From: a virus
Length of the DNA stretch: 14,600 nucleotides
Reading direction: 5' to 3' (one strand)
Virus genome (UHGV): UHGV-0201016
The position numbers were made by a program, and so were the translations under genes. The notes below the pieces were generated by a model. That model saw only the letters and a list, made by a program, of their open reading frames with translations, had not been told where the DNA came from and ran no database searches. Positions 1 to 7,644 of this stretch are shown one piece after another; the first letter of the stretch is position 1; every line of letters begins with the position of its first letter.

Positions 1-946
1 ACGGTAGTTTGTCTGCCGCAGTGGCAAGGCCTGCCAGTGCGGTCAGTGTGGCGTCGGCAGGTTGTTTTCCATTGGCAAGGTCATATACAGCCTTCACGGC
101 TTTTGGTGTGGCAGCCTGCGTTTCTGACGTGCTGTTAGTGGCGCTGCTGAGCTGGACAAGGCCTTTTCGCGCTGTGGTCGCGTCCTGTGCGGTATATTTC
201 CCGTTAGCAAGGTCATATGCTGTCTTTACCGCCTTTGGCGTTGCCGCAAGCGTTTCAGAATCGCTGTTGGTGGCGCTACTGAGCTGGACAAGACCTTTTC
301 GCGCTGTGGTCGCGTCCTGTGCAGTATATTTCCCGTTAGCAAGGTCATACGCGACCTTTACCGCTCTCGGCGTTGCGGCCAGTGTTTCAGACGTGCTGTT
401 GGTTGCGCTGCTTAACTGAGTAAAACCTTTTGCGGTCAGCGATGCATCCGGGTGTCGTCGTGACTGTTCGTGTTCTGAGATTTTGTCATCCACATATTTA
501 CGGGTCGCCAGTACCACCGACGGGTCGATTTTCAGCGTGATGGCTTCGGTATTCGAGACAACCAGAATCATGCGGATAGTCTGGGTACGACCACTGCCTT
601 CCTGCAACTGCGGTTTGTACGTTTCCGGGCAGTTCGCCACCGCAATGAGTACGCCTTCATCATCATAAAGCCCAATCTCACGGATCCAGAATCCTCCCTC
701 GTTTTCAGGGATGATTTGCTCCGCAATAATCTGGCTCTGATTGTTAGGGTCAACACTCAGAAGATTCAGCGGTGCAATGCGTTTCTGGTTAATCAGTTTT
801 GTCTGTGCCGGGTCTGGTGTCGGTAATACACCATTCGCATCACCAACGGCCATTTGCGTCAGATTCAGCTTACTGCCGAGCATCGTCGCGTTAGCCAGTC
901 GTGCTGCGCCCTGATTAGTCAGAATGGCGTAGTATTTCACTGTCAT
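1..946 (-). CDS. H: Phage tail fibre protein, N-terminal 315 codons (P2 gpH-like); 3' end lies beyond the window start
   Basis: ATG at 946-944 overlaps the TGA stop of the upstream gene (ATGA). Hand translation of the minus strand is open for all 315 codons down to position 1 (MTVKYYAILTNQGAARLANATMLGSKLNLTQMAVGDANGVLPTPDPAQTKL...EHEQSRRHPDASLTAKGFTQLSSATNSTSETLAATP...). It is absent from the ORF track because there is no in-window stop. Confidence 0.85.
   Translation of the reverse strand, partial: MTVKYYAILTNQGAARLANATMLGSKLNLTQMAVGDANGVLPTPDPAQTKLINQKRIAPLNLLSVDPNNQSQIIAEQIIPENEGGFWIREIGLYDDEGVLIAVANCPETYKPQLQEGSGRTQTIRMILVVSNTEAITLKIDPSVVLATRKYVDDKISEHEQSRRHPDASLTAKGFTQLSSATNSTSETLAATPRAVKVAYDLANGKYTAQDATTARKGLVQLSSATNSDSETLAATPKAVKTAYDLANGKYTAQDATTARKGLVQLSSATNSTSETQAATPKAVKAVYDLANGKQPADATLTALAGLATAADKLP
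60..425 (-). repeat. About three tandem copies of a 132-bp (44-codon) in-frame repeat inside the tail fibre gene
   Basis: Copies at about 66-197, 198-329 and 330-425 are near-identical on direct comparison. On the minus strand they encode repeats of LSSATNS(T/D)SETLAATP(K/R)AVKxAYDLANGKYTAQDATTARKGLVQ; on the plus strand they produce the spurious repetitive ORF 9-419. Confidence 0.8.
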
Positions 947-1554
947 GCGTTTACTCTCAGGTTATCAATTAAATGAATGACCGAGGCCGGGAAATAATCC
1001 CCTCCGACAATAATGGCCTCCGGGGTGTAGGGATAAACCGTCAGGGCGTCACCGTGATAGCATCCCGTTCCGGCAAAAATGTTGCCGGTTGTACTTAAAC
1101 TGATAGCCAGTCCCGTCAGATGGCGGCTCGCCGGTTTTGCATCAGCAACGAGACGTTCCAGCTCCAGATACATTTCTTCGGTAATACCCTGCTCAAGCAC
1201 GCCAACAACGATACGGAACGTCCCCGGCTCCTCGTTGAGCTGCCACCACTCCCTCACTTCAATCAGATAGCCGAGCGGCTCCACAACACGCCGGATTGCG
1301 CCGACAGTACCCTTATGACAGTGGATGAAATAGGCATCGCGGATAACGGCGCGTTTTGTCGCTTCCGGCCACTTTTCATCCCACCTGTCGACCGAAAACG
1401 CCCACGCCAGCCACGGCAGCAGATTTGCCGGACAGGTGTCCGGGTTCCACAGTTCACGAATACTGACCGGCGTTTTTTCAATTTCCGCACAGGCTTTTGC
1501 GGCGGCGACTTCAAGCGGTGATGAGCCGGTCGGCAGCAGTCGCGAATCACTCAT
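943..1554 (-). CDS. I: Phage tail/baseplate protein, P2 gpI-like (203 aa)
   Basis: Complete ORF; GGAGG lies 6 nt upstream of the ATG at 1554; stop overlaps the tail-fibre start; position immediately upstream of H as in P2. Family assignment is from recalled similarity. Confidence 0.75.
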   Translation of the reverse strand: MSDSRLLPTGSSPLEVAAAKACAEIEKTPVSIRELWNPDTCPANLLPWLAWAFSVDRWDEKWPEATKRAVIRDAYFIHCHKGTVGAIRRVVEPLGYLIEVREWWQLNEEPGTFRIVVGVLEQGITEEMYLELERLVADAKPASRHLTGLAISLSTTGNIFAGTGCYHGDALTVYPYTPEAIIVGGDYFPASVIHLIDNLRVNA

Positions 1555-1674
1555 CCGAGCCTCCGGTCACGACGTGGTATTCGGTACAGAAAGACGCCTG
1601 CGTACTGTTGAGCACGATACCCGTTCTGGTCGGGTGAACTGTTCAACCGGGGACGCGCCAGCGCCGCCGAACGT

Positions 1675-2514
1675 GTGGAAATCGACGTCAGTCATAACGC
1701 CCTTGCCGGTGGTCTTCTCTGTGCGGACGGCCAGTGGCGGCAGATTGTCACCATTGAGGACGCCCTGAAAGGCGGCTGCACACTGTTCGACATTGAGCAG
1801 CTCAAACGTGAAAACAGCGCCGACGATTTTAAAAACCTGTTCATGTGTGAATTTGTTGACGACAAGGCGTCGGTGTTCCCGTTCGAGGAGCTGCAACGCT
1901 GCATGGTCGACACGCTGGAAGAATGGGAAGACTATGCGCCGTTTGCCGCGAATCCGTTCGGCTCCCGCCCGGTATGGATTGGTTACGACCCGTCACACCG
2001 TGGCGACAGTGCCGGATGCGTGGTGCTGGCACCGCCGGTGGTGGCCGGTGGCAAATTCAGAATACTTGAGCGTCACCAGTGGAAAGGCATGGACTTTGCC
2101 ACCCAGGCGGAATCCATCCGCAAACTCACCGAAAAATATAACGTTGAATACATCGGTATTGATGCCACCGGCCTCGGTGTCGGCGTGTTCCAGCTCGTGC
2201 GCTCGTTCTATCCCGCCGCGCGCGACATCCGCTACACGCCGGAAATGAAAACCGCAATGGTGCTCAAGGCAAAAGACGTTATCCGCCGTGGCTGTCTGGA
2301 ATATGACGTCAGCGCCACCGACATCACCAGCTCGTTTATGGCTATCCGCAAGACCATGACCAGCAGCGGACGCAGCGCCACCTATGAGGCCAGCCGCAGC
2401 GAGGAAGCCAGCCACGCCGACCTCGCCTGGGCGACCATGCACGCCCTGTTAAATGAGCCACTCACCGCCGGTATCAGCACCCCGCTGACATCCACCATTC
2501 TGGAGTTTTACTGA
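1675..2514 (+). pseudogene. P: Terminase large (ATPase/nuclease) subunit, P2 gpP-like, 3' fragment only; 5' part deleted
   Basis: The frame opens only after the stop at 1609-1611 and the first start codon is GTG at 1675, giving at most ~300 codons against a recalled ~590 for gpP. The fragment contains a nuclease-like region (PVWIGYDPSHRGDSAGCVV). Its stop overlaps the portal start (TGATG, 2512-2516). The upstream space is occupied by gpI on the other strand. Confidence 0.7.
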
Positions 2515-3548
2515 TGAGCAAGAAAAAAGGGAAAACACCGCAACCTGCGGCAAAAACAATGACCGCCAGCGCCCCGAAAATGGAGGCATTCACCTTTGGT
2601 GAGCCGGTGCCGGTACTCGACCGCCGTGACATTCTGGATTACGTCGAGTGCATCAGTAACGGCAGATGGTATGAGCCGCCGGTCAGCTTTACCGGTCTGG
2701 CAAAAAGCCTGCGTGCTGCCGTGCATCACAGCTCACCGATTTACGTTAAACGTAATATTCTGGCTTCAACGTTTATCCCGCACCCGTTGCTTTCCCAGCA
2801 GGATTTCAGCCGCTTTGTGCTGGATTTTCTGGTGTTCGGTAATGCGTTTCTGGAAAAGCGCTACAGCACCACCGGTAAGGTCATCAGACTGGAAACCTCA
2901 CCGGCAAAATATACCCGTCGTGGCGTGGAAGAGGATGTTTACTGGTGGGTGCCGTCCTTCAACGAGCCGGCAGCCTTCGCGCCCGGCTCCGTGTTTCACC
3001 TGCTGGAGCCCGATATTAATCAGGAGCTGTACGGCCTGCCGGAATATCTCAGCGCCCTTAACTCTGCCTGGCTGAATGAATCGGCCACGCTGTTCCGCCG
3101 CAAGTATTACGAAAACGGCGCACATGCCGGATACATCATGTACGTCACCGATGCCGTGCAGGATCGCAACGATATCGAAATGCTTCGCGAAAACATGGTT
3201 AAGTCGAAAGGCCGCAACAACTTTAAAAACCTGTTTCTCTATGCCCCGCAGGGGAAAGCCGACGGCATTAAAATTATCCCGCTCAGTGAAGTGGCAACGA
3301 AGGACGATTTTTTTAATATCAAAAAAGCCAGCGCCGCTGACCTGCTGGACGCGCACCGCATCCCCTTTCAGTTGATGGGAGGCAAGCCGGAGAACGTCGG
3401 GTCGCTGGGTGATATTGAGAAAGTGGCAAAGGTCTTTGTCCGCAATGAGCTTATCCCGCTACAGGACAGGATCCGCGAGATAAACGGCTGGCTCGGTCAG
3501 GAGGTCATCCGCTTTAAAAACTACTCACTGGACACTGACAACGGCTGA
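2514..3548 (+). CDS. Q: Phage portal (capsid vertex) protein, P2 gpQ-like (344 aa)
   Basis: Complete ORF translationally coupled to the terminase fragment; basic Lys-rich N-terminus; length and position (last gene before cos, about 170 bp from the cohesive-end sequence) match P2 Q. Confidence 0.85.
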   Translation: MSKKKGKTPQPAAKTMTASAPKMEAFTFGEPVPVLDRRDILDYVECISNGRWYEPPVSFTGLAKSLRAAVHHSSPIYVKRNILASTFIPHPLLSQQDFSRFVLDFLVFGNAFLEKRYSTTGKVIRLETSPAKYTRRGVEEDVYWWVPSFNEPAAFAPGSVFHLLEPDINQELYGLPEYLSALNSAWLNESATLFRRKYYENGAHAGYIMYVTDAVQDRNDIEMLRENMVKSKGRNNFKNLFLYAPQGKADGIKIIPLSEVATKDDFFNIKKASAADLLDAHRIPFQLMGGKPENVGSLGDIEKVAKVFVRNELIPLQDRIREINGWLGQEVIRFKNYSLDTDNG

Positions 3549-3553
3549 ACATC

Positions 3554-3575
3554 GCCGCCTGCGGGCGGCTTTTTT
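3554..3575 (+). terminator. Rho-independent terminator downstream of the portal gene
   Basis: GCCGCC (3554-3559), loop TGCG, GGCGGC (3564-3569), followed by TTTTTT (3570-3575). Confidence 0.55.
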
Positions 3576-3717
3576 ACGCCCCCGTCATCACGCCCTCACA
3601 CGCTCATCACCGCACAAAAAATCCCGCAGACACACCAACGCCCAGCAGGCCAAGTAAACGCCTTCACGACGCGCTCAGACGCTGAAAAAATAAAATCAGC
3701 ACCACCGCCAGCGCGCA

Positions 3718-3736
3718 GTGCTTTCCCCGCCTCGCC
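3718..3736. other. cos cohesive-end sequence, P2 type (19 nt)
   Basis: gtgctttccccgcctcgcc is the reverse complement of GGCGAGGCGGGGAAAGCAC, the 19-nt P2 cohesive end as I recall it. It lies between the portal gene and the cargo operon, as in P2 (Q - cos - old). Confidence 0.7.
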
Positions 3737-3865
3737 CGCCCGCTTCATGGGTCGATTTTAATGCAGTTGCATTTTTATCGAAAGTCTCGTCTCACAAAAC
3801 CCTCCCTTCACTAAATAGACTCATTATCCACATGCAATCTAATTCAAAAAAATGCATGTATAGTA

Positions 3866-5836
3866 TTAAAGGTCATCAATTAAACCTAAAGGCAAACCGT
3901 CCTCACCAACCGAGCTATAATGAGCGATAATATTCGAAAGTTCACCAGTAGAAAACGAATTAGGCAAATCATTATCAACTAATATAATCTGGCACGGAAC
4001 ATTTTTTCTTTCTGCTTTTTGAACTGTATTCAATAGTTGTTCATAAATATTTTGATACTTCATCGGATCTGACATTCCCTCAAGGTCATCCTCGACTGCA
4101 AGAGTTTCTTTTGAATATTTTTCCTTGGTCTGTTTCCCTAAATATTTGCCAACCGTATCAAATATCAAAAGTAAAGGATGGTTAACATTATGATCTATTG
4201 CATAATCAAGAATAGACAAAAGATACCCAATAGAAGAAATAGTTCTCAAACCTCCGGATGTTATTTTAAAATATTCTTTTTCTCTTATAACAGGAATGTA
4301 ATAGCTTTCAGAGATTTTTATCCCCGTTCTGTTTTTGATATTAATACCCTTCAAATACTGACTAAATCTATCACCCAAACCTTGTAAAATGCCCTCCATG
4401 CTAGGTGCGTTTTTCTTTAACGCCTCCAAGCGTTCAGTTAATGCTTCAATATCTTTTCTCAGTACCTGATACTTTTCAAGCAGTTCCTCTTGCTGGTTTC
4501 TAACCTTCAAATCTTTTACTAACTGCTCCCTAACCTTCTCATTTTTTGATATCTCTTTAATATAAAAATCTCTCTGAGTCAAGAATGGTGTAATCATTGA
4601 CTGGCTTTCTTCGTCAATCAATTCTCTCAACTCGTGAAGTCGTTCATCTAATTCTTTTTTATAACCTGATTCTTTTTTTAATTTAAATGACATTTCTGAG
4701 ATCATGTCATTAATATTTCGTCTACGTCGACTAAGTGAATTCAACTCTTCATTAAGATCTTTTTCTGATGAAATTTCAAATGGAAAATCAGAATCATCTA
4801 TTTTAATGTGGCTATCACAGATTGGACAGGAAAATACTTCCTTATCCAATACACCAATGCGAGAATTTGCTGTTTTAATCGCTTTGAGTTTTTCAATATC
4901 ATTATCATAGTCATTTTTTAACCGCGAATATTTATCAATCTTATCCTCAAGCGCACTAATATTTAATATGCACTCTTTGTATTTAAGCGAAATAAAATTG
5001 TGAGCATCTTTAAATTCTGTATACTGTATGGAATCCGCTTTCATATTTTTATCGAGAGCAGACAAACCTGCAACAAGTTCTTCTAAAACAAGATCTATCC
5101 TATTAATCTCATCATCAATTGATTCAATTGTTTCATAGTCTGTATCGCGAAGAAATTCAGATATTATCTGATACTTCCTATTTAATTCCGTTACTAAACT
5201 ACTTTTTGCAGATATTTCACCTTGGAGTCTGGCGATGCTTTCATCCAACACATTGAACATGTATTTAAAAACTTCTTTCGTAAATGCGTAGCGGGACCAA
5301 TCACCCAATCGCAAGAAAGATTTACTACCAATATCATCCTGACTTACATAAACAAATTTATATATATTTCTAAAACTTAACCTGCGCATCTGTGAATGCG
5401 CTTTAGAAGGAGACACCTTAATTTCAATCTTTGGGAAATTAAGACTATCAAGTAAAAACTCCGAAAAAACACCATCAACATTTGATAATGGGCTATAATT
5501 AGGAGCGTATTTTTTCGGAAAATGTTTATGTAAATCATCAAACTTACAACGATAAACTTCTATTGCTTTTTTATGATCATAGATATCTCTTACGATTGTG
5601 AATACAGTATCATTGATCACTACTTCAAGAGCAGCATAGTTTACTGATGTTTTTATTTCATCTGCTAAATCTATAGAGCTAGCACCTAAAAGATAATTAA
5701 TAAACTCCAGAATGCTTGACTTACCTGTGTCAGAGTCTCCGTAGATAACATTGAGACCTTTATAAAAAGTAGTGACGTAGTTTTTACGAACACCAACAAG
5801 AATCAAACTATTGATATTGAGATATGATTTCATCAT
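3866..5836 (-). CDS. SMC/Rad50/RecN-like ABC ATPase with long central coiled coil and a CxxC motif (LmuB-like position)
   Basis: 656-aa ORF. Walker A GDSDTGKS (aa 33-40, nt 5717-5740); about 300 aa of heptad-like charged sequence; CPIC at aa 337-340 (nt 4817-4828) near the middle of that region; ABC-signature-like ITSGGLRT (about aa 523-530); Walker-B-like HPLLLIFDT (Asp560 followed by Thr, not Glu). N-terminus resembles RecN/RecF/SMC heads. Confidence 0.75.
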   Translation of the reverse strand: MMKSYLNINSLILVGVRKNYVTTFYKGLNVIYGDSDTGKSSILEFINYLLGASSIDLADEIKTSVNYAALEVVINDTVFTIVRDIYDHKKAIEVYRCKFDDLHKHFPKKYAPNYSPLSNVDGVFSEFLLDSLNFPKIEIKVSPSKAHSQMRRLSFRNIYKFVYVSQDDIGSKSFLRLGDWSRYAFTKEVFKYMFNVLDESIARLQGEISAKSSLVTELNRKYQIISEFLRDTDYETIESIDDEINRIDLVLEELVAGLSALDKNMKADSIQYTEFKDAHNFISLKYKECILNISALEDKIDKYSRLKNDYDNDIEKLKAIKTANSRIGVLDKEVFSCPICDSHIKIDDSDFPFEISSEKDLNEELNSLSRRRRNINDMISEMSFKLKKESGYKKELDERLHELRELIDEESQSMITPFLTQRDFYIKEISKNEKVREQLVKDLKVRNQQEELLEKYQVLRKDIEALTERLEALKKNAPSMEGILQGLGDRFSQYLKGINIKNRTGIKISESYYIPVIREKEYFKITSGGLRTISSIGYLLSILDYAIDHNVNHPLLLIFDTVGKYLGKQTKEKYSKETLAVEDDLEGMSDPMKYQNIYEQLLNTVQKAERKNVPCQIILVDNDLPNSFSTGELSNIIAHYSSVGEDGLPLGLIDDL

Positions 5837-6345
5837 TTCTCCTTGAAAACTTGATTTATAACAGAGTTTAACTTAGAGGTAGGCAATGCTTGTAGCGGTA
5901 ACAATGCTTCGGATAGTCGTTTTATTTCTTTAAAATATCCATCAGTCAATGAGCTAGCAAATTCCTTACCTTTTTCAGATAAAAATAATTTAACACTCTC
6001 ATTATTTTTTTTCTCAGCTGAGAGCAATCCCCGCAATGACATAATTTTTATAAGATATTTCACTTTGGAATTGTCGAATAAGATATCTACATTTGATGAA
6101 AAACTCTTTATTGTATAAGTTAACTGGGACTCGACACAAGCAGGCTTTTTCCCCGAAATTGTAAGAGCATAATCAATTTTTGATGGGTTTTTTATCAGAT
6201 ACATAAAAATTTGTATTTTATTAATATCTAATGATAACACTCCTTTTTTGCTATGAGATAATATAGATATAGCAATGGCAAGCATAGCAAAATTCAAGCT
6301 ATACTCTTCATCAAGAGGAATATACGGCAAGTTATTTTTCTTCAT
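5833..6345 (-). CDS. Small protein of unknown function (170 aa), middle gene of the three-gene operon (LmuC-like position)
   Basis: Complete ORF. Its start overlaps the stop of the hydrolase gene by 14 nt, and its TGA overlaps the ATG of the ATPase gene (ATGA at 5833-5836). No recognisable motif. Confidence 0.55.
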   Translation of the reverse strand: MKKNNLPYIPLDEEYSLNFAMLAIAISILSHSKKGVLSLDINKIQIFMYLIKNPSKIDYALTISGKKPACVESQLTYTIKSFSSNVDILFDNSKVKYLIKIMSLRGLLSAEKKNNESVKLFLSEKGKEFASSLTDGYFKEIKRLSEALLPLQALPTSKLNSVINQVFKEK

Positions 6346-7555
6346 GATTACCTCGCCGTAATTGCTCCAAAGTTTCTACGCTGGTTTCAGATGACCAGAC
6401 AATATCTCTATCATTTTTGTTAGCCAGTTGATGCAACATTCCTTTCTTATGTATCGTTTCTAAACTTTTTATAAGAGAATCTAACGACGACTTATCCTCT
6501 TGGGCTATTCGTCTATGAACAGCAGCAATAAATTTATCTGGGGAAATTGAATTCGCGATATATTGCTCATACTCTTCCTGGTAAATCTCCCTTATTTTAG
6601 AATACAAATGACCAAGTAGTTTCCTATCGTAATCACTCGTAAAAATATTTCTCGCAAGCTCAGCATTATAATAATATTCCTTTGCATGCATAGCGATATC
6701 CTGATGTATATCTGCGACAATCATTTTTAAGACGAAATACTCATTATCATATTGTTTCTCATCAGAAAAACGCTCAACACATATCTTCTTGGGTGCTTCT
6801 AAATTTATCTGCTGAATAAATTGCTTTACCGCAACAAACACTGTAGACGAGCTGTTTTCGGGCTTGCAAATTGAGCTATGCCCTTCATTAACTGCAATTG
6901 AGTTATTTCGTTCACTATCCATCGGTAATGCGCTTTTTTTATCAACTATAGTGTCATGAGAACCATAAACATATCTAGTGATAGGAAGTTTTTTGCTACA
7001 ATTTATCCAGCGCCTATTCAATGTATCAGTCGCTTCACTTAACAATCCAAGATCTACTAACTGAGCATTTGAAGATACCATTGAAGTTATATTCGCCAAT
7101 TTAGCACCAAAGTGAGGGACTGCTAACGAAATGAATCCAATTATATTAGATTGTTCCTCATGCTCAACTTTTTTTAGAATTAGATTTTTTGATATTAACC
7201 CCCCCATACTATGGGCAATTATTATAATTCGAGAGTAATCACTTAACGTTACCCTAATCTCAGTATACAATAACTCAGCTATTTCATCAGTTGGTAAATT
7301 TCTCTCTAACTTATTTTTCTTAGAGAAAATACGAGCCAATAATCCTGACGTTTTAGCATACGTTTGTGTAAATTTGGTGAAATAGTTGAAACATGCAATA
7401 TCAAATACATTGCCAATGTCTTCATCTTCTGCTAATAGTTTTGGAAATGAAGTTTCTTTATTAAAGTTCCATGTTTCCAAACCACCATTTAATCCATGTA
7501 CAAATAGTATCAGGCTATCTTTTTTCTCGTGGCTTATCCATTCAACCATGCTCAT
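6332..7555 (-). CDS. Alpha/beta-hydrolase (lipase/esterase-type) fusion protein with a C-terminal all-helical domain of unknown function; candidate effector of the defence operon (LmuA-like position)
   Basis: 407-aa ORF. LILFVHGLNGG (HG oxyanion region); nucleophile elbow IIIIAHSMGGL with the Ser codon at 7208-7210; candidate acid GSHDTIVD; candidate His NEGHSSICK. Residues ~250-407 are charged and helical with no catalytic motif I recognise. AT-rich codon usage. Its last 14 nt overlap the next gene. Confidence 0.7.
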   Translation of the reverse strand: MSMVEWISHEKKDSLILFVHGLNGGLETWNFNKETSFPKLLAEDEDIGNVFDIACFNYFTKFTQTYAKTSGLLARIFSKKNKLERNLPTDEIAELLYTEIRVTLSDYSRIIIIAHSMGGLISKNLILKKVEHEEQSNIIGFISLAVPHFGAKLANITSMVSSNAQLVDLGLLSEATDTLNRRWINCSKKLPITRYVYGSHDTIVDKKSALPMDSERNNSIAVNEGHSSICKPENSSSTVFVAVKQFIQQINLEAPKKICVERFSDEKQYDNEYFVLKMIVADIHQDIAMHAKEYYYNAELARNIFTSDYDRKLLGHLYSKIREIYQEEYEQYIANSISPDKFIAAVHRRIAQEDKSSLDSLIKSLETIHKKGMLHQLANKNDRDIVWSSETSVETLEQLRRGNHEEK

Positions 7556-7603
7556 ATGCTTTTCTGCCGTGTATAAAAATTAAACCATAACAAACAATTC
7601 CTC

Positions 7604-7620
7604 AACAATAACATATTGTT
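7604..7620. promoter_or_regulatory. Inverted repeat AACAATA-N3-TATTGTT in the AT-rich intergenic region upstream of the cargo operon
   Basis: Perfect 7-bp arms with a 3-bp spacer, 50-65 bp upstream of the operon start (7555) and just downstream of the A stop; all-AT stem, so more likely a protein-binding site than a terminator. Confidence 0.3.
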
Positions 7621-7644
7621 ACCCCGTTTGACCGTTCTTTTCAA

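Noticed and set aside
9-419. Repetitive 136-aa plus-strand ORF
   Set aside because: Antisense reading of the tandem repeats in the minus-strand tail fibre gene; the minus frame gives a coherent tail-fibre protein.
483-756. Short ORFs 483-668 (+) and 568-756 (-)
   Set aside because: Inside the tail fibre gene in the wrong frame or strand.
1079-1550. ORFs 1079-1270 (+), 1120-1521 (+), 1263-1550 (-)
   Set aside because: Shadow ORFs within the gpI-like gene; Arg/Cys-rich, non-protein-like composition.
1436-2442. ORFs 1436-1768 (+), 1567-1896 (-), 1692-1913 (-), 1793-2248 (+), 1841-2032 (-), 1993-2442 (-)
   Set aside because: Overlap the terminase fragment in other frames; only the last codons of 1567-1896 (-) might be a gpJ remnant, which I could not confirm.
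2508-3375. ORFs 2508-2729 (-), 2596-3075 (+), 2898-3356 (-), 3076-3375 (+)
   Set aside because: Shadow ORFs inside the portal gene.
3760-3773. Palindrome AATGCA-GT-TGCATT followed by a T-run, as a possible terminator
   Set aside because: The loop is too short, and the T-run is on the plus strand while the adjacent operon is on the minus strand.
3718-3930. 70-aa plus-strand ORF spanning the cos sequence
   Set aside because: Crosses the cohesive-end site and the 3' end of the ATPase gene; Pro/Ser-rich and implausible.
4178-4910. ORFs 4178-4387 (+) and 4704-4910 (+)
   Set aside because: Antisense within the ATPase gene.
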